Below are positions 14,280 through 28,309 of a stretch of DNA of 64,000 nucleotides, in pieces. Each line of letters begins with the position of its first letter. The stretch's first letter is position 1. The translations under genes and the position numbers were made by a program. The stretch comes from Vicugna vicugna (taxonomy: Eukaryota). Under the pieces are notes generated by a model. The model was given only the letters and a program-made list of their open reading frames with translations, searched no databases and was not told the origin of the DNA. Location of the stretch: NCBI GenBank assembly GCA_013265495.1, contig MU058252.1, positions 62,001-126,000 of the forward strand. The letters are read 5' to 3'.

Positions 14280-15172
14280 GCGGAGTAGAAAATAAGTGGT
14301 TATCAAAAGTGTTCTCTTTGAGGATCATCCTGGTGGGCAGAACAGGCAGCGGGAAAAGTGCCACAGGGAACAGCATCCTCTGCCAACAAGTGTTTAAGTC
14401 CAGGCTGGGGGCCCAGACACTGACTAGGACATGCCAGAAGGCAATGGGCACATGGAACGGGAGGAACATCCTGGTGGTGGACACGCCCTCCATCTTTGAG
14501 GCAAAGGCCCAGGACCAGGAGACGTACGAGCACATCGGGGACTGCTACCTGCTCTCGGCCCCCGGGCCCCACGTGCTGCTGCTGGTGACCCAGCTGGGGC
14601 GCTTCACTGAGCAGGACACGGTGGCCGTGACCAAGGTGAAGGAGGTCTTTGGGGCAGGAGTCATGAGACACATGGTCATCCTCTTCACCCACAAGGAGGA
14701 CTTGGTGGGCGAATCCTTGGATGACTATGTAGCAAACACAGACAACCTCCAGCTGAAGAGCCTGGTCCAGGAGTGTGGGAGGAGGTACTGTGCCTTCAAC
14801 AACCGGGCCACTGGGGAGGAGCAGAGGGAGCAGCTGCTGGAGCTGATGGTCGTGATCGAGAGGCTGGAGAGGGAGCTCGACGGTGCCTTCTACACCAACG
14901 ACCTCTTCTTTGATGCACAGATTCTCCAGCAAGGGGGGGATGATGCACGTGGAGAAGGCCACAGGCTCTACCTGGACAAGGTGCAGTCACAGGTTGTAAA
15001 GCAAAAGCAAGATCTGGACCTGGAAGGGGTCCAGAAAAACTGTGTGTTCAAGGCACTCCTCTGTGTCAAAAACTGGATTATTTCTAACAGCGGAGTATTC
15101 GCTGTTCTTATTATATGCATTTTGATTTTTCTTGCCATGTTAATTAGCTTGTATATTCTTCATAAACACTGA
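14280..15172 (+). CDS. GIMAP5: GIMAP5 main coding exon; spliced product 311 aa with C-terminal TM anchor
   Basis: Acceptor tttttatag| at 14279 is in frame with the first exon. Motifs [25 protein letters not shown]. Hydrophobic tail GVFAVLIICILIFLAMLISLYIL. Confidence 0.92.
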
Positions 15173-15320
15173 GCATTTTCAGATGATACCTTCAATCAAC
15201 TTCTATTTTTTCAGAGTCAAGGTTGTTGATAAGGAACTTTGCTTTTTAACATAATTTCACTTTTAATCTCCCTTCCTTACTTCAGACACACCACCCATTT
15301 TCTTCAGGTGCCTTTAAGTA

Positions 15321-15326
15321 AATAAA
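15321..15326 (+). terminator. Candidate GIMAP5 poly(A) signal
   Basis: AATAAA about 150 nt after the stop, directly abutting an L1 insertion. Confidence 0.5.
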
Positions 15327-15340
15327 ATCCAAAGGATAAT

Positions 15341-16010
15341 ATCAAAAAAACAAGCAACCCAATCCAAAAATGAGTAGAAGACCTAAACAAGCAATTCTCC
15401 GATGAAAACATACAAATGGCCAATAGGCACATGAAAAACTGCTCAGCATCACTAATTGCCAGAGAAATGCAGATCAAAACTGCAATGAAATATCACTTCA
15501 CACCAGCCAGAGTGGCCATCATTAAAAGGTCTATAAGTGATAAATGCTGGAGAGGGTGTGGAGAAAGGGGAACCTTTCTACACTGTTGGTGGGAATGTAA
15601 ACAGGAGTAGCCACTGTGGAGGTCAGTATGGAGGTTCCATAAAAAACTGAAAATAGACTTACCATGTGGCCCAGCAATCCCACTCCTGGGCATATATCTG
15701 GAGAAAAATATCATTCAAAAACATATATATATCCTAATGTTCATAGCAGCACTATTTACAATAGCCAAGACATGAAAGCAACCCAAGTGTCCATCAGCAG
15801 ATGACTGGATAAAGAAGATGTGGTACATATATGCAATGGAATACTACTCAGCCATAAAAAAGAATAAAATAATGCCACTTGCAGCAACATGGATGGACCA
15901 GGAGATCATTCTAAGTAAGCCAGAAAGAGAAAAATGCCATATGATAGCACTTATATGTAGAATCTTTAAAGAAAAAAAAAGGACACAAATGAACTACTTG
16001 TTATTTATAA
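15341..16010 (+). mobile_element. L1 fragment (ORF2 C-terminus and part of 3'UTR), lacking its own 3' end
   Basis: Encodes REMQIKT..YH.TP..VA.IK and [21 protein letters not shown]1 similarity stops near ggacacaaatgaact. Confidence 0.9.
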
Positions 16011-17004
16011 CTTAGAAGATTGATTTCTTGAATATGTGCAAGCACATTTGACTGTCCTTTATGATTGGATTACTGCATTCTGTTGATTCTTATTTTGTGG
16101 TTGGCTTTATTCCTTCGATAAATATGTAAAGTTTAAAAAGCTAAAGCTCTAAACTGTTCTTAGAAACAATGAATGGTACATGTATGTAAATTTTTTAGTG
16201 TGTAGTATATTGTATATATGTATTTACAAGCAATATATTGTATATGTGCAGTCAAATTGTAACAATTCTACCTAATAAAACTGAAAAAAGTTTTAAACAA
16301 AATTTTTTAAAAAAGGAAAAAAAATCCAGATGAAAATAATTCCCCTTTTTGTTTTGTTAAAAATTGTGAGGGTAAATAATAAACTAACTGGACACTGTCA
16401 TGAAATATTTAGGAGCTCGCAAAAAGGAAGGTAAGTGGACTGTCTCACCTCTGGGACCCACTTTTTCCAGTCGTGCTATAGAGGAGGAAATGTGTTATAT
16501 TGACAGCTGATAGCAGAATTCCTTATTTTATTCAGAAACATAGTCTGACCTCCTTGGAGGTCGTAAAAGACAACACCACATGAGAGAGAAAGATGAGGAC
16601 ATTCTGAGGGGGGGGACACTCTGGAGTGTGAAGAGACTGAGGAAGAAGAGAGGAGGTGCCTGGAGGTGAGGGAGAAGGAGATAAGAGGGGTCTCCGGGGC
16701 CAGATGGGGTCCACGCCTAAGGGAAAGCATAGTCAGTGGCTGGGGATTAAAGGACTGAAATTTCTTGGAGCAGGGCTCGGCAAGGGCCAGATGACGAGGG
16801 CAGTGTTTTGGGCTTGGGATTAAGACTGTGTGGGCTCTGTCCCAGCTACTCAACTCTCCCCTCCAAGTGCAAAAGCCACCGTGGACAGGACGGAAGTGAG
16901 GAGCAGGCTGCACCCCATACGACTCTATGAGCCCCAAGATTCGAATTTCATGTACATTTCATATGTGGCGATGAAACATTATGCTTCTTTTGATTTCTTC
17001 ACCC

Positions 17005-17103
17005 TTTAAAAAATGTGAAAGCCCTTTCTTAACTCCCACGTTATACAAAACAGGTGGCAGGCTGGATTGGGTCTGCAGGGTGTGGTTAGCCAACCCCCGG
17101 TCT
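17005..17103. mobile_element. MER58-like hAT DNA transposon fragment
   Basis: ttaaaaaatgtgaaa...tacaaaacaggtggcaggctggatt...gttagccaacccc, matching the recalled MER58 end. Confidence 0.6.
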
Positions 17104-17545
17104 TAGAGGAAATTTCCATGGTGGGTTGAGCTGTGAGGTAGTGGAACATCTTAAACCCTAGCGTCAGCCCAAGCATGTGTAATATCTGAGGAAAGGATGT
17201 CATTCCACATGTCAGCAGTAGTAAAGAGAACAAGGTGTTATGGTAAAAATCAGGTCACAAAGTCAGTGGAAACAGGAAATCAGATAAGGAGGGCCCAGGT
17301 GGGCCCACCTCCTTCTGAGGAGCTGCCCCCACTTCCCTGCTGCTTCGTACCTGTAAGGGAGACCCACGGTCATCCCAGGCAGCCTGTGACTGGATGGGTA
17401 AGTGATTCACTCTGGAGTGAGTCTCAGGAACTTGATTGTGACACCCCAGTGTCATTCCCCAAACCTCCATTGGGAGTACAGGTGCACGTTGAGGTCCAGA
17501 GTGCTGTCATATAAGCGATTCTAAACTTGTGCATGAAGTGTTATG

Positions 17546-17735
17546 ACAAGAAGGACTTAGAGTATAGCACAGGAAACTCTATCCAGCTTCTCGTAATAAG
17601 CTACAATGGAAAAGAATCAGAAAATATATAGATAGATATGTATGTATGTGTATAACTGAATTGCTTTGCTGTACAAATGAAACTAACATTGTAAGTCAAC
17701 TACACTTCAATAAAAAATAAAATTAAAAAAAAAAA
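17546..17735 (+). mobile_element. Short L1 3' end
   Basis: L1 terminal 3'UTR and poly-A. TSD gaagtgttatg at 17535-17545 and 17736-17746. Confidence 0.9.
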
Positions 17736-19329
17736 GAAGTGTTATGTTTGAGCTCCTCAATCCCGTGAAACCCCAAGGAACTCTGAGTTCTCAGACCGAG
17801 GGCCACCTCCTCGATGCCGTATTCCCAAGCTGTGTGACCTAACCTGGTCTCTCCCTTCCTTGACTTAACCCAGTCCCGATCCACACACACTTATTGTGAG
17901 TACTGAGGGCCAAGGTCTATGCTCAGAACCAGGAATAGAAGAGAAAAGACGCAAGGTTCCTGCTCCACAAATGCGGCTGTGCTGTAGACGGATGAAGGCA
18001 TAGGAAAGTAGGTGCGAGAGAAATTTGTCTGGCAGGGGGTGGCGGGGAGGGGGGTCCACCAGAAGGAGAGAGAGGGCTCAGCGGCAGAGGCACCTAACCA
18101 GGGTGGGGCTGGAGCTGTCAGGTGCGGCGCTGGCCCTCGAGGGAGCCACTTCAGGCAGAGGGAGCCCACGGTCAAGGAGGGGAGTGAGAATCCTGGGAGT
18201 AAAGGTGCAGGGAGAGCCGGGGCTGGGCGGGGCCCTGGGCAGCACCCTCAGGGTTGAGGGCTTTCTTGTAAAGAACAGGAAGTCCCTGGAGACTGTTAGG
18301 CAGATTAGTAATTTTAGGGAGATCACGCTGTAGCAATGGGGCACTGGGACAAAATACATGTAAGCCTGGAACAAGGGATAACGTTTAGAAGAAAAGAATT
18401 CCACCGGTCATCAGGGTCTGAGCCACAACCCAAGGAATGGGGATGGGAGGGCGGGAGGCGGGCAGGATGCATCCTGGAGACGCGGAGGAGGTGGAACCAG
18501 CACAGTGCGGTCACTAACAGCAAGGTCGGGAGGGAGCCAGGTTTCTATCTTAGTCGCCCTGCAGCAGTGTCTCCTGTCACTGCCCGGGGCCCTTTGAGGG
18601 AGAATGGGTTACACAGAAGAAGGCAAAGACTTTGCATCTGGATGTGCGACCCTGAAGGTTTCTGGGGCTGGGCCCTCTCATCCTCTCTCCAGGGAAGGCA
18701 TCTGGACCAGGCAGAAGAGAGTGTTAGAGAGCAGGGCTGCAGGATGAGGGCCGCCCTCTGAGTCTGCAGCTGGGCCATTTCCAGGCCTCCCAGCACCGAG
18801 GAAGCGTCTCTTTCCCCTCCAGCAGCGTTGTCCCATCCTCCAAGTGATGCTCCACCTTTGCCGGTTTCCAAGGGGAATAAAGCTGGAGGGTTAACCCAGG
18901 ATATTTTGCAATAGGAAAGGAGAAAGGGTTTTGCTAAATCTTTACAAACACATGAATGTTCGCCAAAGTAATTCCTTAGAAAGTATTCAGATATGAGCTC
19001 TCTTTCTCCCTCAACTGGGAAAGGGAACCCAGAGAAGACCCGCCTAGGGGCTGGCCCATTTCCTCCCTCACCCTGCCCACCACCACCATCATTCTTCAAA
19101 ATAATCCAACTATGGGGATTTTTCTCGTTCTTCAGAATTCAGTGAATGTCTACTCTGTAGCAGAAACTGTAACAGTAGAGAGAGTCCTTCCTAATTCTAA
19201 AAACGAGAAATGAAAAATCATTTTATTTATTCTTGATGCCACTTCCTCACTGGAAGCATGAGAACAGGGAAGTTCTGACAGATTTAAGGATTTTTTTTTC
19301 CAAAAAGGGATATGGGGAACTCTTTATTA

Positions 19330-19760
19330 GTTCAATTTTTTTCAAATGTAAATAAGAGAGACCCCAAATTCCAACAGCTTAAGCCATAAGGAAACTTACT
19401 GGCTGACATTACTGGAAATCCAAAGATAGGGTAAGATTCAGGACTGGTTGATTCAAGGGCTTAGACTGCTCCATCACTCTGCCCTGCTTTGAAGTGTTGC
19501 CTTCAAGCTCAGGCTGGTAGCTGCTGGAGTTCCAGTCATCACGCCCAGATCCAACAATGACCAGAGGGAGACTGTCTGTCTATGGGGATCTCTCCTGGGA
19601 AAGGAGAAACCTTCTGGCCCCACCTCTGCAGACTTTTACTCACTTCCCAGTGGCCTAAATTGGGTCTCAGGACCATGCCGGAGCTAATCACTCCACAGAA
19701 AATGGGATTGTACGTAGACCAGCCAGGCGTCCCTGGAACTGAGTCATTGTCATCTTCTTC
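19330..19760 (-). mobile_element. Old MaLR LTR (MLT1J/K/L-like)
   Basis: aagagagacccc...cttaagccataaggaaacttactggctgaca...ttcaggactggttgattcaagggct pattern. Confidence 0.55.
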
Positions 19761-19949
19761 AGGGGTTCATGGCTTCACTGAGGGAGAGGGAGAGGCGTGA
19801 ACCAAGCCAGAAGTCTATGAGGGGAACGCGGAATGAGAGCTGCAGAGACAACACACCATGTCCTCAGCAGATCGTGGGAATTTACTTCCGGATTGGACAA
19901 TGAATCCCTGAGGTGATACTTTAGAAAATGCTCTGACATACAGATGACA

Positions 19950-21828
<1,879 letters not shown>

Positions 21829-22283
21829 CTAGAGGGAAAACATACAGAGATTGTTCATACTGCAGTCAGATGTGATAGCCAACACAAAACAGCACATTTT
21901 ATAGATGGGAAAATGAAGTCAAGAAAAAAGAACTACTGAGGGTCACACACAATTTAATGCATGAGCTAAGACTAAAACCCAGGTCTGCTGACTCTCAGCC
22001 ATTGTTGGCATTAGACTAAGCTTCCCTGCTTAGAGGATATAGACAGCCCTGTCACAACAGCACTGCACATGGCTTCCCACCACCTGCATTTAGGCAATTG
22101 GAGGCACTGAATACGTGCTGTTCACCCAGAAGACCAAACAAGGAAGTTGGTCATTTTCTACTGAGCATCCTGGCTCTCTGCCTTGAGGGTCTCAGTCCTG
22201 GCACCCAAACCCAAGCTTGCCTGGCAGAGTTCCCACCTTTGATAAACTCACAAACAAAATTCTCCCCTAAGTTTCCATGGTGA

Positions 22284-22396
22284 TGGTGGTCACCAATCAT
22301 CCCAGTTTGCCCAGGACTGAGGATCCCCTGATCAAAGGACCTTCAGTGTTGAAACTAGGAGAGTCCCAGGCAAACCAGGACAAGTTGGTCAAGCCA
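22284..22396. mobile_element. Palindromic non-autonomous hAT element (MER94/MER81-like)
   Basis: Inverted ends ggtcaccaatcatcccagtttgcccaggact ... agtcccaggcaaaccaggacaagttggtca. Confidence 0.7.
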
Positions 22397-22809
22397 GGAG
22401 TAGGAGGTTGTCATGAGTCCAGGTGGGCAGTGGGGTGGGGAGCACATCAAGTAAGCAGGGAGAAGACCTGATTTGTTAGGCTCAGACCAGCTGTTATGTT
22501 ACCAAAGATCTTGCTTCCATGTTCTTAGCTCAAAGAGTCTTGGACCAGTAGCTACCTCAGAGGCATCTCTCACCTGCCCACTCAACCTTCTTCCATTGTG
22601 CCCCATATGCCTTTTTCTGATCCTTCCTTTTCTTCCTAACTCCTACTTCCTGTGCTCAGCTAGGGGGTCCCTTCAGGTCCTACTCAAGCTTCACTGCTGG
22701 CAAAGCCCTTCACAACATTTCCAGAGCTACATCAGGACCTCGCTGTGTGCCAAGTTTTAGAGTATTTTCTTTGCAACAGGTCTAAGGAGTTAATGCTGAG
22801 GAACCTCTA

Positions 22810-23347
22810 CACCCCAATGTTCATAGTAGCAACATTTTCAATAGCCAAGACATAGAAACAACCTAAATGTCCATCAACAGATGAATGGATAAAGAAGATG
22901 TGGGGGGTGTGTGTGTGTATGTACGTGTGTGTGTGTGTATATATACACATATATATATATATATACATATGAATATTACTCAGCCATAAAAAGGAATAAA
23001 ATAATGCCATTTGCAGCAACATGGAGGGACCTAGAGATTATCATACTAAGTGAAATAAGTCAGAGAAAGACAAATATCATATGATATCACTTATAAGTGG
23101 AATCTAAAACAAATGAAACTAATGAACTTATTTACAAAACAGAAATAGACTCACAGACATGGAAAACAAACTTATGGTTACCTAAGTGGAAAGAGGGTGG
23201 GGAGGGATAAATTAGGAGTTTGGGATTAACATATACAGAGTACTATCTATAAGCTAGATAACCAACAAAGGCTTACTGTACAGCACAGGAAACTATATTT
23301 AATATCTTGTAATAACTTATAATGGAAAAGAAACTGAAATAGAAAAG

Positions 23348-23380
<33 letters not shown>

Positions 23381-23475
23381 TAACTGAAACACTTTGCTGT
23401 ACACCTGAAACTAACTCAACATTGTAAATCAGCTATACTTTGATCTAAAAAAAGAAAGTCTAAAAAGAAAAGAAT
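22810..23475 (+). mobile_element. 5'-truncated L1
   Basis: L1 3'UTR with (TG)/(TA)/(CA) microsatellites. TSD gaacctcta at 22801-22809 and 23476-23484. Confidence 0.9.
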
Positions 23476-23744
23476 GAACCTCTAATTGTGGAATTTTGGC
23501 CTCTAGGATGGGTGAACTAAACAAAATTTCCGTGCTCCTTAGGATTCACACTATAAAGGATGTTACCTAGCTCCTGCATGTGTGAAACTGGCCACAGTGA
23601 TTACCTCTGAAGGAAAAATAATTTAATAAATAAATCACTTGGGAGATATTTGAATTTGAATGTCAAAATCCAGCTTCTATCAGACAATCTCCTGGTATCC
23701 TCTTGACCTGAAGAATTTCTTTCTTCTTTTTTTTTTTCTTGTTT

Positions 23745-23880
23745 TTTTGGAGCAGGGATTGGTGGGTGGAATTAAATTTATTGATTCATTTATTTATTTC
23801 TTAATGGAGGTACTGGGGATTGAACCCAGGACCTCCTGCATGCTAAGCACAAACTCTACCACTGAGCTATACCCTCCTCA
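23745..23880 (-). mobile_element. Vic-1-type SINE, inserted in an MLT2-like LTR that continues to ~24085
   Basis: ggaggtactggggattgaacccaggacctcctgcatgctaagc...actgagctataccctcc. The downstream ctcctgcctgagtttccagcctgccc...aaaactaataca is MLT2-like. Confidence 0.8.
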
Positions 23881-26800
23881 CTGACATCTTGTAATTCATT
23901 CTGATATTTTTGAGCCAAAAGAGAATTCTGCCTTAAGACTTCAATATCAGCTCCTGCCTGAGTTTCCAGCCTGCCCTAAAAATTTTGGACCAAACAGCCC
24001 CCATAACTGCATAAACCAATTCCTTCAAATGCATTTCTTCATACATTATCTTACTGCTTCTGTTTTTCTGAAGAAAACTAATACATCGATCCAGCTAACT
24101 CTCTCTTTGAAAACTGGAGAAGGGACAAACCTGGAAATAACTCTCATCTTTGGCTGGTTCTTTTCAAGGATAAAGTCTATAGGGAGGATTTAAAGATATT
24201 ATTGCATGGAGAGTGGCAAATGGGGAAACTCTTTTTGGGGGATATTTTTTAAGATATCAGCTCATTTTCTGTGCTGATGATTTTGAAACCAAGGTGCTCC
24301 CTCCTGCTCAAAGGCTGTTTGGGGCCAGCCCCCAACCCACCTCTTTCATTTTATAGCCATCAATCCTTCCATTAATTCATTTAAAATGTTATCAAATATC
24401 TGGCTTTGCTGGACACTTCTCTACCTACACTTGGAGGACTGTGTGACCAGTTTAGAGAACAGCTCCTGCCGAAGACGGAAAGAAGATGATTTCTTCTCCC
24501 ACTCTTGGGAAGCCCCACGTCCTGTAACCTCTCCACCAGGCTGGACTGAAGGAGCACGTGGCGCCAGGAAAGTCAGAGGCACCTTTGGGGAAATGGTGAA
24601 ATGGACCGAAACCTGGGCAGATCATCTTCCTCTCATTTGCCAAATGTATTCATGGTGTCATCCCCCCTCTCCCCCGACTGGAGCGCATTGGAGAGGGTGT
24701 CACACTAACTAGGAATCATAACAAGATGCTGTTGAGAGATGCTGTCGCTGTCACAGGATGTGAAGCAAGCTGACCCTCCAGAAATGACGCTCTTGTAACC
24801 ATTCGGATGACAATTACAATTCTAATGAGGGGGTTAAATCATTTTTTTAAACAATAAATTGTATTTCTTTCTCAGAAATAAAAATGTTTTACCTGAGCAT
24901 ATCACCTCGAGTCTTAGTCCTGAAATCTTTCTCCTCTCTTTAAAATAGAAATTTTCCTTCAAGGCTGAGTGGTATATGCAGCAAAAACAGGCAACAGAAA
25001 TCAAGGCAGCTTAAAATCGCAAAACAGAATTTCCAGCCCGTTCTTCAAAAGACATCTTATGATTTCTGGGTGCAGGTTGCAGGGAGGAGGGTCGGGCCAT
25101 TGTCCCTTGGCCAGCAACGTGTAGAGGATTCTGTACCAACACGGGTGTAGCTGCCACTATGCACTTATGTGAAAATGCTTTTGCACAAACACAAGAAATA
25201 AGCAAGCTAGCATCACCAAAGGGCTACTGTCTGAGCTCATTCTGTTCACAATTTTAGGTTCTAAAAAACAGAGTATCAGTGATGTTTTCAACTTGCATGG
25301 AGTTTGGGCTTTAGGGTCTATAATTCCTGACTTTAATGATTTAGGAATAATGAAACTGAGGCTTAGAAAGATCAAGGGTGCAGACTGACATAGATTGTTA
25401 CTGGTAGATGGTGTGGAGGTGGGGGGCGCGGAGAGAGAGAGAAATAAACCCTGTTACTTGGCGGGTCCTGGAAAGTTTTGCAAGCACTACAGTCTTGCAG
25501 TGCAGTAATTGTCCCTTCTCTCCTAGGCAGCCTCTCTCATTGGCTTCTAGTCTCTTCAAAAAAGCACAAGAACAGTGAGAGATAAAAAAAACTAGCCACA
25601 AATTCTATGTGCCAGAGAGGGACCATGCCCCACCCCAGGTAGGAAAGGAGCAATGTGCGAGTTTCCTCACAAAGCCGCCCTGAGTGATTTAAAAGCCCTC
25701 AGAGACACTAGAGGAAGAGGGTTCTGCCGGTTAGTTTTGCTTTCTTTCTACTAACGGCTCCATTTCCTTCTCCCCACCACAGGTCTCTTCTGCTTTTGTG
25801 CAAAATAAGTTCTGGAGAACTGTTCTGGAGAATGGAGACCCAGAGAAGCCAAGGAGCATCTGGGACGCTGCTGTCTCCCAAACGCATCACCTGCTGCCTT
25901 TCACTGGCCAGAAGGAGACTGACACGCATCTCCTCACGCACCTCTCCTGCATAAAGATAGCTTCTTAGACGTAATTCTAGATGGCGGTGAAGGCTGAACT
26001 CAAGGCAGGCATCTCTTTGCTTAGTTTGGAGAGGACGATACTTATAATGCAAATAACACACACATTTCACATTTTGCAATGAAAGTTATGCTTGACTTAC
26101 AAAAATATTCTCCTATATTAATACCATAATTGTAACTTTTCAAAGAATAATAGTTATGACACTGAATGAGGTGGATACGTGCCCTCCTACAATAGAGGAC
26201 AGAAAAGCATGCTTCTAACATACAGAAGACTTCATTTTCTCTTTTTTAGCTAGAAATGCTTCTGATATCTCATTTTGGCTGGGGCGGGGGAGTGGGGGGT
26301 AGGGTTAAAGATCAGCTCCTCTAAAACAAAAATAATTCTTTTGACTTACACATTTATCAACTCCAAACCGGCTTATCATGACTATTTATATGCCTTAAGT
26401 CAACTTATTCAGTCATCCCAGCATATAGCTTGTAAATAAATGCTTGACACACAAGAAAAGGACCTTGCTCAAAGGTAGCAAATCCGCACACACCTCGCAA
26501 GTTTTCATGGCTGAGGGAAACCTGCCCTCTCACCTGCCTGGAGCTACCCAGGCTAACACTCACATGCCCACGCCGCAGAGGCTGCGCTTTCTATCAGCTA
26601 CTTTCTGTGCATTAGAGAAATGCAAATTAATCATGGAAAAGAATCATCTTGATTCTGTCTTCAAGCATCTCCTTGGCTACTGCTGAGGCTGAGATAGGAT
26701 GGCCTCCTACTGAGGATAACTGTATGCTTTTTCCTCTAAACAGCCTGTTTATGTGTGGGGAGATGCATGTCTGTCTCATTCTGGCCAGCCTGATAATTGC

Positions 26801-27424
26801 ATGCTTTTCCTCTGCACAGCCCAACGCCCTGCCCCAGGCTTAGCTGATTTTTTCTGTTAAATGGTATGTATTTTTCTTATTGATTCAAGAAAGGCCTTCA
26901 TTTATGACTTAAGAAAGCAAAATATTACACTGGTTAACATGCCTTTTCTGCCCCTTTCCTTTCCTTATTTAGAGTTTTGTGGCTCTTTGGGACTCGCTTT
27001 TTTCCTTTGGCATTAACTTGTGGACTTCTAGCCATGACTCTTCAAACCATAGATGCTTGTAACTGATGGTGAAAGAAGCATCAGCAATAAAAAAGGAGGG
27101 AAATTGTTTCTTTGTCCCGTTGTCCCTTTGTCCCTACAGCTACAGAGGGAAACAGCAAATATTATTCCTGCAAAGGAGTCTGTGAGCTACCCAGTCTTCG
27201 AAAATTGTAGCTCTGCCCTCTGAAAATAACCATGCATCTCTAAAAGCTTGTAGAATTGTGGTCATCTTATTTAATTAAGTGTTTTCCTATTGTGAGATAT
27301 AAATTGAAATCTAGTAATTCCTAACAGGTCTAAATATCTGCAAGATTTCTTAGACAAATCCATCACTGATATTTCCTTCTTCTGCCATAAGCATGCAGGT
27401 AATAAAATAAAATAAAACAAAATA

Positions 27425-27571
27425 GGAGGGAGGATACAGCTCAAGTAGCAGAACATGTGCTTAGCATACACAGGGTCCTGGGTTCAATCCCCAGTACCTC
27501 CCCTAAAAATAAATAAATAAGTAAACCAAATTACCTCCCCCCCCAAAAAATTTTTAATTAATTAATTTTTT
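27425..27571 (+). mobile_element. Complete Vic-1-type SINE
   Basis: A and B boxes, tail ttacctcccccccaaaaaa, 15-bp TSD aaataaaacaaaata at 27410-27424 and 27572-27586. Confidence 0.9.
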
Positions 27572-27825
27572 AAATAAAACAAAATAAAATAGTCAAAAAA
27601 TCTGAGACTTGTGTGTCATTTAAATTCATGATATGCTCAGTAAAATGCAACTGTCAACTGTTGTCAAATGTCTTGCAAAAACCACCCCCTGCTGTTTATC
27701 TCTTATTTTAGCTATGAAAAGTTTTTTGCTCAGTCTGGAAATTCCAACCAATGTTTTCTTTATGGCTTCTATCATTCTAGAAAGCCCTCCTTTCTCATAC
27801 CTTTATTTAAAAATATTTTATTTAA

Positions 27826-28309
27826 GTCCACACAATAATCTGCACATGAATATTTGTAATAGTTTTATTCATAATTTCCAAAATTTGGAAGCAATCAAGG
27901 TGTCCTTCAGTAAGTGAATGGCTAAATAAACTTTGGTATACGTAGACAAAGGAATACTATTCAGTATTGAAAAAAATGAGCTATCAAGACATGAAAAGAC
28001 ATGTAGGAAACTTGAATGCATGTTACTAAAGGAAAGACATCATATGAAAAGGCCGCATACAGTATGATTCCAACTCTGACATTCTGGAAAAGATGAAACT
28101 ATGGAGAGAGTAAAAGATCAGTGTTTCCAAGATTTGGGGATATGGATGAATAGGTGGGCCACAGAGTATTTTTATGGCAGTGAAGCTATTCTGTCTGATA
28201 TTATAACGGTGGACACATGTCACTATACATTTGTCAACATCCATAGGATATACAACACCAAGAGTGAACTCTCATGTAAACTGTGGACTTCAATTAATAA
28301 TAATGTATC
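27826..28309 (+). mobile_element. Old L1MC/L1MD-type 3' end, left half (continues at 55623)
   Basis: gagctatcaagacatgaaaagacatg.aggaaactt...caccaagagtgaac...gtaaactgtggact..aataataatgtatc. Confidence 0.8.

Noticed and set aside
22284..22396. Long imperfect palindrome as a candidate structured RNA
   Set aside because: Explained by a non-autonomous hAT transposon with inverted ends.
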